The notes beneath the pieces were generated by a model that was given only the letters and a program-made list of their open reading frames with translations, was not told the DNA's origin and did not search any database. 36,704 bases of DNA. It comes from Bdellovibrionota bacterium. Its GTDB lineage: Bacteria; Bdellovibrionota_C; UBA2361; JBGSMV01. This document shows positions 1 through 8,696 of this stretch, in pieces; position 1 is the stretch's first letter; each line of letters begins with the position of its first letter. The position numbers and the translations under genes are program-made. The DNA is taken from positions 1 to 36,704 of the forward strand of contig JBIKWF010000035.1 of the NCBI GenBank assembly GCA_044356455.1. The letters run 5' to 3'.

Positions 1-966
1 TCCCAACAAAAGCCCCGCAATAAGCTTTGCCGGAACACTAAGATAATCAAAGGGACTTACAAAAGCTTCAAAGCACGCGGCGAGTACAAGCCATGGAATT
101 ATTCCTAGTGCCATAACTCCAGCGTCCCTTGCGCCCTCACTCAGTCTGCGCGGAAATTCCCGGTAGGGCCGCATAAAAAACGCTCGGCCATAGACCAAAC
201 TGGCTGCACCTGCCGCCACAATTATTGAAAGCTCCAAGACTCCATGACTCAAGACAAACGCGGTGAGTTCGTCATCGAAGCCTTTGGCAGCGCAGAATCC
301 AAAGATTGAACCGAGATGGATCCCATTGAAGCAGACCATCAATAACCCACCTAACCCAAGAATCGCTCCGCCAAGAAAACAATTGATGGCAACTTTTATG
401 TTGTTCCATCCAATCATGGCTCCAAAAAGCAGCGGATTCTCCTGTATCCGGGCAAACCATGGGCGGCCGTCCATGACATCTTCCATCAATGACTGAGGAA
501 CCATGACCGGCACGTATTCGGGGGACTGCACGGCAGTCGCAAACCCCACGAGCGCGCTTCCAATAAAAAAAATGATGCAAAAGAGCAGGACCGGAAGCTC
601 CCGTTTCCAAATCGCTCGGTAGCGTGCAAGCCAGAGGGCGTAGGTTGACTTAGAAGAAGGCGCAGGAGCGGAGGAGGAAATGAGCTCAAAGGCTAAGTCT
701 GCCGCTATATCTTCAAGTTTGCGGCGCTGGGGGTGAGAGGGCGGTAAATATTCTCGAAGCCGATAGAGTTCGGCGCCAAGCTCATCATAGGAGGTTAAAA
801 GTTCGAGCGCCGCAGAGACGCGCCTAGGTGCTGGCCTCTCCGAGGCGTTCTGAGTGGTGGCGCTGCGAGCGACAGAGAGACGATCTCTAATCTTACGTTC
901 CAGATCAGAGATGCGCTTCAATACGCGTCGCTCGACAACGCCAGAGACTGCTTCACCAGCGGTCAT
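1..966 (-). CDS. SpoIIM (stage II sporulation protein M)-family membrane protein, 3'-truncated at window edge
   Basis: Not in the ORF track. Manual translation from ATG at 966 (ATGA overlap with the RDD stop) is open to position 1: MTAGEAVSG...IGWNNIKVAINCFLGG...FNGIHLG...FVLSHGVLELS...ACFEAFVSP, the NN / NG / HGxxE / E-x-FVSP pattern of this family. Adjacent RDD genes are the usual context. Confidence 0.85.
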   Translation of the reverse strand, partial: MTAGEAVSGVVERRVLKRISDLERKIRDRLSVARSATTQNASERPAPRRVSAALELLTSYDELGAELYRLREYLPPSHPQRRKLEDIAADLAFELISSSAPAPSSKSTYALWLARYRAIWKRELPVLLFCIIFFIGSALVGFATAVQSPEYVPVMVPQSLMEDVMDGRPWFARIQENPLLFGAMIGWNNIKVAINCFLGGAILGLGGLLMVCFNGIHLGSIFGFCAAKGFDDELTAFVLSHGVLELSIIVAAGAASLVYGRAFFMRPYREFPRRLSEGARDAGVMALGIIPWLVLAACFEAFVSPFDYLSVPAKLIAGLLLG

Positions 967-1433
967 CGAGATACCCGAAGCACCCGAGTACCTGCAACCA
1001 TATCATGCAGCCCGCGCTTATCGGAACGAAACGCGACCATCAGATAACCAATACCAAGGGTCAGGAAACAGACGAATCCTCCCACATACTGGCGCAAAAA
1101 GGTCTTACCATAACCAATATTGCCGCCTGTTTCCGTGTCAACGACTCGCAAACTGAAAATCATCTTACCCGGCGTAGCCCCTTTATTCTGATAGAACCAG
1201 CCGTAGTAAAAAAAGCCGATTGCAAGGCTTATGATCATATTAAGGATCTGCAGAGTAACTCCCACGGAACTCTCTGGCCCCGCAGATGCTGCAAGCATGG
1301 TGATAGCAATACTGGGAATGAACCCAAGTATGCCGCTAATGCAACCATCAATAAATACGGCGACTGCCCTGACCCAAAAGCCACCTGGCGTAAATCCTTG
1401 AGTTCCTTCGCCGATTGTTTCTACTTGATCCAT
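963..1433 (-). CDS. RDD family membrane protein
   Basis: GFWVRAVAVFID, GATPGKMIFSLRVV and KRGLHDMVAGTRV motifs. Start placed at ATG 1433 (MDQVET) after AAGGGA; the ORF track extends to 1481. Confidence 0.9.
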   Translation of the reverse strand: MDQVETIGEGTQGFTPGGFWVRAVAVFIDGCISGILGFIPSIAITMLAASAGPESSVGVTLQILNMIISLAIGFFYYGWFYQNKGATPGKMIFSLRVVDTETGGNIGYGKTFLRQYVGGFVCFLTLGIGYLMVAFRSDKRGLHDMVAGTRVLRVSR

Positions 1434-1450
1434 ATCATTATCCCTTGTGT

Positions 1451-2242
1451 CTATTTTTGAAGGTACTGCTGCTGTAAACAACGCTCTGCAAAAAATCTAA
1501 GAAGTTTCTCAGGTGGAAGAGAGCTGCGTGCCTGCAAATCCCCGACATACGGAGCAATACTTTCGCACCATTCTCTCTGAAGCTGAGGGTCGGGGGCATT
1601 ACCCAGCACAAATGTTTTAAAGGCGAACTTCTTAAGCTCGGTCGAAAAATCTTCTGGTAGGGAGGAAGGCTGAATGACTTGCTCAAGCTGAGAATATTCC
1701 TCTGCCGCAAGATACATAAAGGTACCACTCTTTTCGCGCGCGGCGGAATAAACAACCACAGTGCCCGCCATCAGATCCCCAAGACGTCTGCGGCGGTTAC
1801 TAAGCATTACTGAAAAGAGCCCAGGAAATATCAGCGTACAATCAATATAACGCATCAAATCTCGTATGACCGCCTGTCCAAGAGTAAGCGGCTTTCCATC
1901 CAAGGAGGTGACTCGTAAGCCAAAAAGCTTTTTTCCAAGGGTCGTTCCAGATTTCTTCTCTTGAAGAATAAAATAGATGTCGGTTAGGGAGAGCACGACA
2001 AGAAGCCCAAGGACCGCAAGTGCTATGCCGAGGATTCCGCCTGATCCATCTAAGAGGGATTCCCCTATTCCAACCACGAAGGCGACGCCTATCACTCCCA
2101 GAATAAAGAGCGGGTACATAATCGCCAGAACGACACCCATATCTACGCAGTACGCGAGAAAGCGCTTAAAGAATGGCGCGGGCACGAGCTGCACCCGAAG
2201 TCCTTGGAATACGACCTGCTCGTTATCTAATGTATCTGACAT
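1451..2242 (-). CDS. RDD family membrane protein with C-terminal soluble extension
   Basis: APFFKRFLAYCVD, GTTLGKKLFGLRV, RRLGDLMAGTVVV. Start ATG 2242 or GTG 2254. Confidence 0.88.
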   Translation of the reverse strand: MSDTLDNEQVVFQGLRVQLVPAPFFKRFLAYCVDMGVVLAIMYPLFILGVIGVAFVVGIGESLLDGSGGILGIALAVLGLLVVLSLTDIYFILQEKKSGTTLGKKLFGLRVTSLDGKPLTLGQAVIRDLMRYIDCTLIFPGLFSVMLSNRRRRLGDLMAGTVVVYSAAREKSGTFMYLAAEEYSQLEQVIQPSSLPEDFSTELKKFAFKTFVLGNAPDPQLQREWCESIAPYVGDLQARSSLPPEKLLRFFAERCLQQQYLQK

Positions 2243-2411
2243 GTAGGCGTTCACTGTTCTTACGCAGACCCCAAGTCCTTGATAATTCGGTATTCTCTAA
2301 GGAGAGCTAAAGATCAATTGCCAAAGTCGCCGGGCGCGATAGAACTATATTTCACTAAAAGCAGGCTTTACGCCCCATAGCTTGCCTTCCTCTCTGGATG
2401 GTACAGACTAG

Positions 2412-2520
2412 GAGTGTGTCCCATAGAAACGTAAATCTTCATTTTGGACATAATCCGTAGGTAGGCTGTCCCGTTACCACCACAACATGTAGTGGTAGAA
2501 ATTTTCTGCGGGACAGACTC
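2412..2520. mobile_element. 109-bp MITE-like element with 18-bp terminal inverted repeats, flanked by CTAG
   Basis: CTAG(2408-2411) GAGTGTGTCCCATAGAAA ... TTTCTGCGGGACAGACTC CTAG(2521-2524); TIRs match at 15/18. The same end sequence recurs at 11382-11399. Confidence 0.65.
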
Positions 2521-2555
2521 CTAGGTACTTCTTCTTAAGTTTTAAGGGTTTCGCC

Positions 2556-4097
2556 GTGTTTGATGCCACCCCCCTTCTTCGCATAATTGCCAAAAGACGC
2601 CAGAATGTCCTTAGGAAGCAGGTTCCAGCTCTTACTCAAGAACGACAGTTACTCGCGCTCGTGCGGCAGGCACAGGAAACGCAGTTTGGGCGAGACCACG
2701 ATTTCTCCTCCGTTAAGTCTGTAGCGGACTTTCAGAAGCGTGTCCCGCTAAGAACTTACGATGAAATGTGGAACGCGTATTTTAAGCCTGCCTTCCCAAG
2801 GCTTGAGAACGTGTCTTGGCCAGGGGTAATTCCCTTTTTTGCGGTCAGCTCGGGAACGAGTTCGGGGGCAACCAAGTACCTGCCCTACACCCACGAGATG
2901 ACAGATTCGAATACCCGAGCTGGGGTAGACCTGCTTGCCCATCACGTTACCAATCGCCCAAAGAGTCGTCTGTTTGGCGGAAGAAGTTTCATGCTTGGGG
3001 GCAGCACGGATCTTGTTGAACAAGCCCCTGGGATATTTAGCGGAGACCTAAGCGGGATTGCAGTAAAAACTATGCGCTGGTGGGCGAAGCAGCGCTACTT
3101 TCCTCCAACCGAACTCGCACTCCTGAAGAATTGGGAGGAAAAAATTGAACGCCTCTCGCAAGAGTCTCTGCGTGCCAACATACGGATGATAAGTGGAGTG
3201 CCGAGTTGGTTGCTGATCATTCTCAAAAGACTCTCTGAGCTTGTGCCAGAAAGCGAAGGCAAGATTAGTAAGATTTATCCTGACCTTGAGCTCCTGGTGC
3301 ACGGCGGCGTGAATTTTGGTCCCTACTACTCTACCTTTTCTAAACTTCTTGAAGGATCGCATGCGGAACTTCGCGAGGTTTACCCGGCAAGCGAAGGCTT
3401 TATTGCAGTGGCAGACCGCGGTTATGGAGAGGGTCTTCGCCTCGTGCTCGACCACGGCATTTTCTTTGAATTTGTCCCTCTTGAGGAACTGGGAAGCTCA
3501 AACCCCACTCGGCATTGGGCTGGAACCATTGAAAAGGGGGTGAACTACGCGCTCGTGATGTCGACCTGCGCCGGGCTATGGAGCTATGTGATTGGCGACA
3601 CCGTAAAATTTGTAGACACAAATCCGCCACGACTTCTCGTTACAGGACGCACTTCCTATTATCTCTCAGCCTTCGGAGAGCACCTTATCGCAGAGGAAGT
3701 CGATGATGGGGTCTCCTATGCTGCCTCCGCATTGAAGCTTTCTATTTCGGACTATTCCGTTGGCCCCGTGTACCCCGCCCGGCCAGAGGACCTCGGAGGG
3801 CATCTCTATATTGCCGAGTTTACCGAGAGGCTACCCACGGCCGAGGAGTGTGCCCTGTTTACCCAAAAGCTCGACGAACGGCTCTCGGCCCGCAACGAAG
3901 ACTACGAAGCCCACCGCGCCAAGGGCTTTGGACTAAATCCACCAGAACTCCTCGCCGTCCCGTCAGGAACATTCGCGGCATGGATGAAAAGCCGGGGCAA
4001 ATTAGGCGGCCAGAACAAAGTACCGCGTATTATCATGAAGCAAGAGCTCTTTGCGGACCTTGAAGCCTTTGCCCGTACGACAACAGGCAGGGAGTAA
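2556..4097 (+). CDS. GH3 family acyl-adenylate / acyl-acid amido synthetase
   Basis: FAVSSGTSSGATKYLP (SSGT motif), YPASEGF, GLWSYVIGDTVKF, C-terminal GKLGGQNKVPR typical of bacterial GH3 proteins. Confidence 0.9.
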   Translation: MFDATPLLRIIAKRRQNVLRKQVPALTQERQLLALVRQAQETQFGRDHDFSSVKSVADFQKRVPLRTYDEMWNAYFKPAFPRLENVSWPGVIPFFAVSSGTSSGATKYLPYTHEMTDSNTRAGVDLLAHHVTNRPKSRLFGGRSFMLGGSTDLVEQAPGIFSGDLSGIAVKTMRWWAKQRYFPPTELALLKNWEEKIERLSQESLRANIRMISGVPSWLLIILKRLSELVPESEGKISKIYPDLELLVHGGVNFGPYYSTFSKLLEGSHAELREVYPASEGFIAVADRGYGEGLRLVLDHGIFFEFVPLEELGSSNPTRHWAGTIEKGVNYALVMSTCAGLWSYVIGDTVKFVDTNPPRLLVTGRTSYYLSAFGEHLIAEEVDDGVSYAASALKLSISDYSVGPVYPARPEDLGGHLYIAEFTERLPTAEECALFTQKLDERLSARNEDYEAHRAKGFGLNPPELLAVPSGTFAAWMKSRGKLGGQNKVPRIIMKQELFADLEAFARTTTGRE

Positions 4098-4163
4098 GAA
4101 CTCACGGATAAATAATATCCCCCCTTCCCCTTCGTGTTCTTAGTGGTTGTTTTGATAAACTAT

Positions 4164-4291
4164 GGAGCCTCTGAAAAAGTCCACTCTGCGAACTCTGTGC
4201 CCTCTGTGGTTGATTTAAATTGTTGAAAAACCACAGAGGACACAGAGATCACAGAGAGAAAAATAAAAAATCGGGGTTATTCAGAGGTTTC
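4164..4291. mobile_element. 128-bp composite MITE (TIRs enclosing a REP-like hairpin), copy 1
   Basis: Left end GGAGCCTCTGAAAAAGT; right end reverse complement GAAACCTCTGAATAACC; flanks CTAT / CTAA. Internal hairpin arms 4184-4211 and 4229-4256 (25/28 complementary). Confidence 0.6.
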
Positions 4292-4364
4292 CTAAGAAGC
4301 ACGAGAAAAAAGGATGAGCGACCGCTTATTGGCCCGGCGCGAATCTCGTGAGATAGTCCCCGCC

Positions 4365-5432
4365 ATGGCCTACCGACTCTTTGCGCGCCGCGCCAAAAAA
4401 GCAGGCATGCCCCCTGGGGCGCTCGTATATCTCGGGGACCAAGCTCCCCAAAAGCCTTGCCTCTACGCGATTGTCTACGACGAATCTCACTTCGAATCAC
4501 ACCAAGTTCAAAGTTTGGAAGAAGCTCTCGCCCTCAGGGAGAAGGGAAAATATCTTTGGCTCAACGTCGACGGACTCCAAGATGCAGAACTTGTCACAAA
4601 GATTGGCGAGCGTTTCTCAATCCATCCTCTTGCTCTTGAAGACATCTTGAATGCGGAGCAACGCCCCAAGCGAGAGCAGTTTGATGAGTTCCTTCTTGTT
4701 ATCGCGAAGGCGGTCCAATGGTCACACGAAAACAAGGAACTCCATTCTGAACAAATCAGCCTCGTCCTTGGAAAGGATTTTGTAATCTCATTCCAAGAGA
4801 AAGTGGGAGATCAATTTGCGCAGCTTAAGACGCGGCTTCAAACGCCAACCAATCGACTGCGCAAAAATGGGCCGGACTACCTGATGTACGCCATGCTCGA
4901 CGTGATTGTTGACAATTACTTTGTTGTCCTCGAACAGTTTGGTGAGCAGCTCGACCTCCTTGAACATCAAATTGTCAACCACCCAGAGCCCGCGTCTCTC
5001 AAGCAACTCTACTCACTCAAAAGATCTGCGCTTTTTGTGCGCAGAGCAACCTGGCCCCTGCGCGAAGCGCTTGGCTTTCTCCAGTACGGCGAAAGCGTGT
5101 TCATCAAGAAATCAACCTTACCCTTCTTACGGGACGTGTATTCGCACACGGTTGAAGCAATAGATACGGTAGAGATTTTTAGGGAAACGCTCTCCAGCAT
5201 GCTCGACATCTATCTCTCAAGCGCAAGCAACCGTCTTAACGTCGTGATCAAAGTCCTCACGATTATGACCACCATTTTTATGCCGCTGAGCCTCATCGCG
5301 GGCATCTATGGTATGAACTTTGACCATATTCCAGAACTGCACTGGACCTACGGCTACCCCTTTGCTCTTGGGCTCATGCTCGCAGTCTCACTTGGAATGC
5401 TTATCGTTTTTCGGGTCAAGCGTTGGTTATGA
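4365..5432 (+). CDS. corA: Magnesium/cobalt transporter CorA
   Basis: KKAGMPPGALVY N-terminus, IHPLALEDILN, QRPK, YGMNF signature and two C-terminal TM helices. Start ATG 4365 preferred (track: 4314). Confidence 0.97.
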   Translation: MAYRLFARRAKKAGMPPGALVYLGDQAPQKPCLYAIVYDESHFESHQVQSLEEALALREKGKYLWLNVDGLQDAELVTKIGERFSIHPLALEDILNAEQRPKREQFDEFLLVIAKAVQWSHENKELHSEQISLVLGKDFVISFQEKVGDQFAQLKTRLQTPTNRLRKNGPDYLMYAMLDVIVDNYFVVLEQFGEQLDLLEHQIVNHPEPASLKQLYSLKRSALFVRRATWPLREALGFLQYGESVFIKKSTLPFLRDVYSHTVEAIDTVEIFRETLSSMLDIYLSSASNRLNVVIKVLTIMTTIFMPLSLIAGIYGMNFDHIPELHWTYGYPFALGLMLAVSLGMLIVFRVKRWL

Positions 5433-6166
5433 GAAAGCTTCTAAAGGTCATTCTCCCGTTCAGCCTTCTCGGAAAAACCAGAACAGCCCTTTCAGGGAGC
5501 GCGCTAAGCCTCTCGCTTCTCCTTGCCTCTCCTGTATCTTCACAGGTCCTTGCTCCTACCCCCTCCGTCGCACCAGGCTTAGTGGAGTACCAGATAGATC
5601 CAGAGCATAGCTCAATTCAATTCTCGGTCCGGCATCTCGGCATTTCTCTAGTACGCGGCGAATTCCAATCCTTTAAGGGAAGCTTTACCTTTCCCGCGCC
5701 TGACGCACCTGCCGACACCATCCTAAAAGCGCGCTCTGAAGCCAGCATTGACGTAAACAGCATCTCTTCACGTGTGGCCAAGCGCGACAAACACCTCAAG
5801 AGCGCAGATTTCCTCTTTGCTTCGAAGTTTCCTGAAATCAAATTCTCTGCAACCTCCGTCGAAGTGCTTAGCCCCGAGAATCTGCGCGTCAAGGGAAACC
5901 TCTCCCTACGTGGGATAGAAAAGGAGGTTCAACTCGAGGTAACGGGAGGAACGAGAGCAAAAGATCCCTGGGGCAATGAACGCGTAGGTTTTCTAGCGAA
6001 AACTAAACTGAACCGCTTCGACTATGGAGTGAAGTGGAACCAGTTACTTGAAACAGGCGTTCCAGTGGTCGCTCCCGAGGTCGAAGTCGAACTCTCCATT
6101 GAAGGCATGCGAGCCGCTGCGACGGCACCTGCCACTACGGAGGCGCCAAGCGCCCCTGCGAAGTGA
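5429..6166 (+). CDS. YceI family periplasmic polyisoprenoid/lipid-binding protein
   Basis: Signal-like N-terminus; YQIDPEHSSIQFSVRHLGISLVRGEF, RDKHLKSADF, DPWGNERVGF. ATGA overlap with the corA stop. Confidence 0.93.
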   Translation: MRKLLKVILPFSLLGKTRTALSGSALSLSLLLASPVSSQVLAPTPSVAPGLVEYQIDPEHSSIQFSVRHLGISLVRGEFQSFKGSFTFPAPDAPADTILKARSEASIDVNSISSRVAKRDKHLKSADFLFASKFPEIKFSATSVEVLSPENLRVKGNLSLRGIEKEVQLEVTGGTRAKDPWGNERVGFLAKTKLNRFDYGVKWNQLLETGVPVVAPEVEVELSIEGMRAAATAPATTEAPSAPAK

Positions 6167-6261
6167 TTCTCTTTCGCCAACTACCTAAAGATATTCATCT
6201 TTCATTGATGGCGCGGGCGTTGTCACCTTGAGTGACTTCCCTTAAAAGACTATAAGGCTAG

Positions 6262-6389
6262 GGAGCCGCTGATAAACCTCCAGTCTTACTACACCTCTGT
6301 GTACCTTCGTGTCCTCTGTGGTGAATTTCTTCATGAATTTCAACACAGAGGACACGAAGGTACACAGAGGTAAGTTTTTCAGAGGTTCT
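6262..6389. mobile_element. 128-bp composite MITE (TIRs enclosing a REP-like hairpin), copy 2, flanked by CTAG
   Basis: CTAG(6258-6261) GGAGCCGCTGATAAACC ... AGTTTTTCAGAGGTTCT CTAG(6390-6393). Internal near-perfect hairpin 6293-6325 / 6339-6371. Confidence 0.65.
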
Positions 6390-6410
6390 CTAGTTTGGTA
6401 TGGAGAGGTA

Positions 6411-7484
6411 ATGAGTTACTCGTCTACGTCGGAATCTTCACACAGCACCCCGCACGATGCGGCTATTGCTCCTTTGGCGAATGCTCCTTTGGCGAATGCT
6501 CCTTTGGCGACTGCTCCTCTTTTTCGCCAAGGGGATCTAGATATCACAGATGTCTCCCACACAACGTCTGGCGCTCAAAAGTCAGATACCCAAAAGTCAG
6601 AGTCCAATAGTCAGCGCGGCATGAACGCGCTTAAGCAGTCAGTATTCTGGGGGGTCCACCTGATGTGCTTCGGCGCCATTTGGGTCGGAGTGAGCTGGGT
6701 TGCCGCAGTTGTTTGTATCCTGCTCTACGTCGTCCGCATGTTTGCTATTACCGGGGGCTATCACCGTTACTTTTCCCACCGCACCTACAAAACAAGCCGC
6801 TGGTTTCAGTTTGTACTCGCCTTCCTTGGCGCAAGTTCCGCGCAGAAGGGGCCGCTTTGGTGGGCCGCGCACCACCGTCACCATCATCGCTACTCAGACA
6901 CGGAAGAGGACATTCATCCCCCGTCCTATGGACTTTGGTGGGCTCACGTAGGCTGGGTTCTAAGTGCCCGCTTTGTAGATACGCGCGAAGACCTGATTAA
7001 GGACTTTACAAGTTTCCCTGAGATCCGCTGGCTCGATCGAAATCACATCATCGCGCCCGTAACTCTTGGCGTTGCAGTGTTCTTCCTTGGCTACTTCCTC
7101 AACCTGTGGTTCCCGAGCCTTGGAACTTCCGGAATGCAAATGCTCATCTGGGGCTTTTTCATAAGCACCACCTTGCTCTATCACGGAACGTTCGTGATCA
7201 ACTCGCTCACCCACATGATTGGTTCGAGACGTTTTAATACGAGCGACAACTCACGCAATCACCTCCTTCTCGCACTGATTACCCTGGGGGAAGGATGGCA
7301 TAACAACCACCATCGCTATCCCGGATCAGAGCGCCAGGGCTTTTACTGGTGGGAGATAGACATTTCGCACTACATCTTGAAAATGCTTTCCTGGGCTGGG
7401 CTCGTGTGGGACATTCGTGAGCCACCAGAGCGCATTTACCAAGAAGCTCGCGACATCAAAGCACAGCGCCAAGGGCATGCGTAG
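6411..7484 (+). CDS. Acyl-CoA (delta-9-type) fatty acid desaturase
   Basis: His boxes GYHRYFSH, AHHRHHH, EGWHNNHH and YWWEID. ATG 6411 is preceded by GGAGAGG; the longer track start (6309) lies inside the MITE. Confidence 0.95.
   Translation: MSYSSTSESSHSTPHDAAIAPLANAPLANAPLATAPLFRQGDLDITDVSHTTSGAQKSDTQKSESNSQRGMNALKQSVFWGVHLMCFGAIWVGVSWVAAVVCILLYVVRMFAITGGYHRYFSHRTYKTSRWFQFVLAFLGASSAQKGPLWWAAHHRHHHRYSDTEEDIHPPSYGLWWAHVGWVLSARFVDTREDLIKDFTSFPEIRWLDRNHIIAPVTLGVAVFFLGYFLNLWFPSLGTSGMQMLIWGFFISTTLLYHGTFVINSLTHMIGSRRFNTSDNSRNHLLLALITLGEGWHNNHHRYPGSERQGFYWWEIDISHYILKMLSWAGLVWDIREPPERIYQEARDIKAQRQGHA
6467..6518 (+). repeat. 15-bp in-frame tandem repeat (about 3.5 copies; APLAN)
   Basis: TGCTCCTTTGGCGAA x2, TGCTCCTTTGGCGAC, TGCTCCT. 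Confidence 0.9.
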
Positions 7485-8592
7485 AATCTCCTTACTCTCG
7501 TTAGTTGTTGGGATTCTCGTCTCGACCCTGCTCGCTTTCTATCTTTTCAGGACGGTTTCCTTTGATGAAATCACGTCCCTCATCGGCAACGCCGATAGAG
7601 GCGCAGTAGGCGCGTTTCTCGTTCTCTCATTAAGCACCTCCTTTTTTAGAGCCTGGCGTTATCGCATCATGCTGCGAGCGGTAGGCTGCGAAACGCCCTT
7701 TCCCGGAATGTTTCTAGTAGTACTGGTGAGAAATACCTTTTCTGATCTTTTGCCCGCGAAACTCGGCACCCTCATATATATTTTCCTTACAAGAACACGT
7801 CTTGGAATACCGCTGAGCTCAGGCAGCGCAACTTTTGCCCTCGCGTTCCTTCTCGATTCCATCTCCATTCTTCCGCTGATTCTTGTATGCGCCCTTCTCT
7901 CATCGTCTCAAACGGAGATCTCTCTCCCGGTTCTTGTGTCGGCGGCTCTTGCTCTCGCCGCTGCCATAGGCGCTCTGTTTATATTCTTGCCCCGAGGGCT
8001 TAGTATTCTTGGAAGCCTACTCCCGAAGCTGTGGTTTCTATCGATAAGCCTTCGAAAGCAGCTGTCCACACTTCTCATGGAGAGCGCCTCTCGGGTAAAG
8101 GAGATTGAGCACGCAGGCATCTGGGGGCGACTCTTATGCCTCTCGGTGCTTATAAGGTTAGGGAAGTACGTTGGGCTCTATGTCTTTCTTTACGCCCTCC
8201 TTATGCCCCAAGGGTACACTCTCAGCTCGCTGCCATTTCCTCTCGTATTCTTCGGTCTATGCGCCGCAGAATTTGCGGCGAGCGTCCCCTTTCTTTCGGG
8301 TCTTGGGGGATTTGGAGCGTATCAGGGCGCCTGGATTTCCACGTTTACTTTGCTTGGGTTCCCCTTAGATCTTGCGAAAGTAACGAGCCTTGGTCATCAC
8401 CTCTTCACTCAGGCCTACGGCTATGGGCTAGGAGCCGCGGCATTTTTGTTAGTGAGCCTGCCTCTTTTTGCCCGCGAGACACACTTGAACCGAACCTTAG
8501 CTCCGGAGCATCACTTTAGCTTCGGGGCCAAGTGTATTGCGGCTCTTGTTGTAGTTGGAGTACTCGCGTGGGGTGCCCTGCTGTTTTTGTAA
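7477..8592 (+). CDS. Lysylphosphatidylglycerol synthase TM-domain (flippase-like, UPF0104) membrane protein
   Basis: FRAWRYRIML, SDLLPAKLG, SGLGGFGAYQ motifs and multiple TM helices. ATG 7477 overlaps the desaturase end. Confidence 0.8.
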   Translation: MRRISLLSLVVGILVSTLLAFYLFRTVSFDEITSLIGNADRGAVGAFLVLSLSTSFFRAWRYRIMLRAVGCETPFPGMFLVVLVRNTFSDLLPAKLGTLIYIFLTRTRLGIPLSSGSATFALAFLLDSISILPLILVCALLSSSQTEISLPVLVSAALALAAAIGALFIFLPRGLSILGSLLPKLWFLSISLRKQLSTLLMESASRVKEIEHAGIWGRLLCLSVLIRLGKYVGLYVFLYALLMPQGYTLSSLPFPLVFFGLCAAEFAASVPFLSGLGGFGAYQGAWISTFTLLGFPLDLAKVTSLGHHLFTQAYGYGLGAAAFLLVSLPLFARETHLNRTLAPEHHFSFGAKCIAALVVVGVLAWGALLFL

Positions 8593-8696
8593 CGGCGTTT
8601 CTGGAGGCGGGGAGTGGCATCCTGTGCTATCTTCACCCCGCCCAAGCAGTGCGCAGAATCGCCTCAGAAGTCATCAGTTAATCGAAAGCATTTCAT

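Noticed and set aside
6309..6410. Extended desaturase N-terminus from the ORF track (similarly the longer starts for typA, corA, CoADR and the second TadE)
   Set aside because: The upstream starts fall in a MITE or in neighbouring genes, or lack support. Downstream starts have better RBS or family-typical N-termini.
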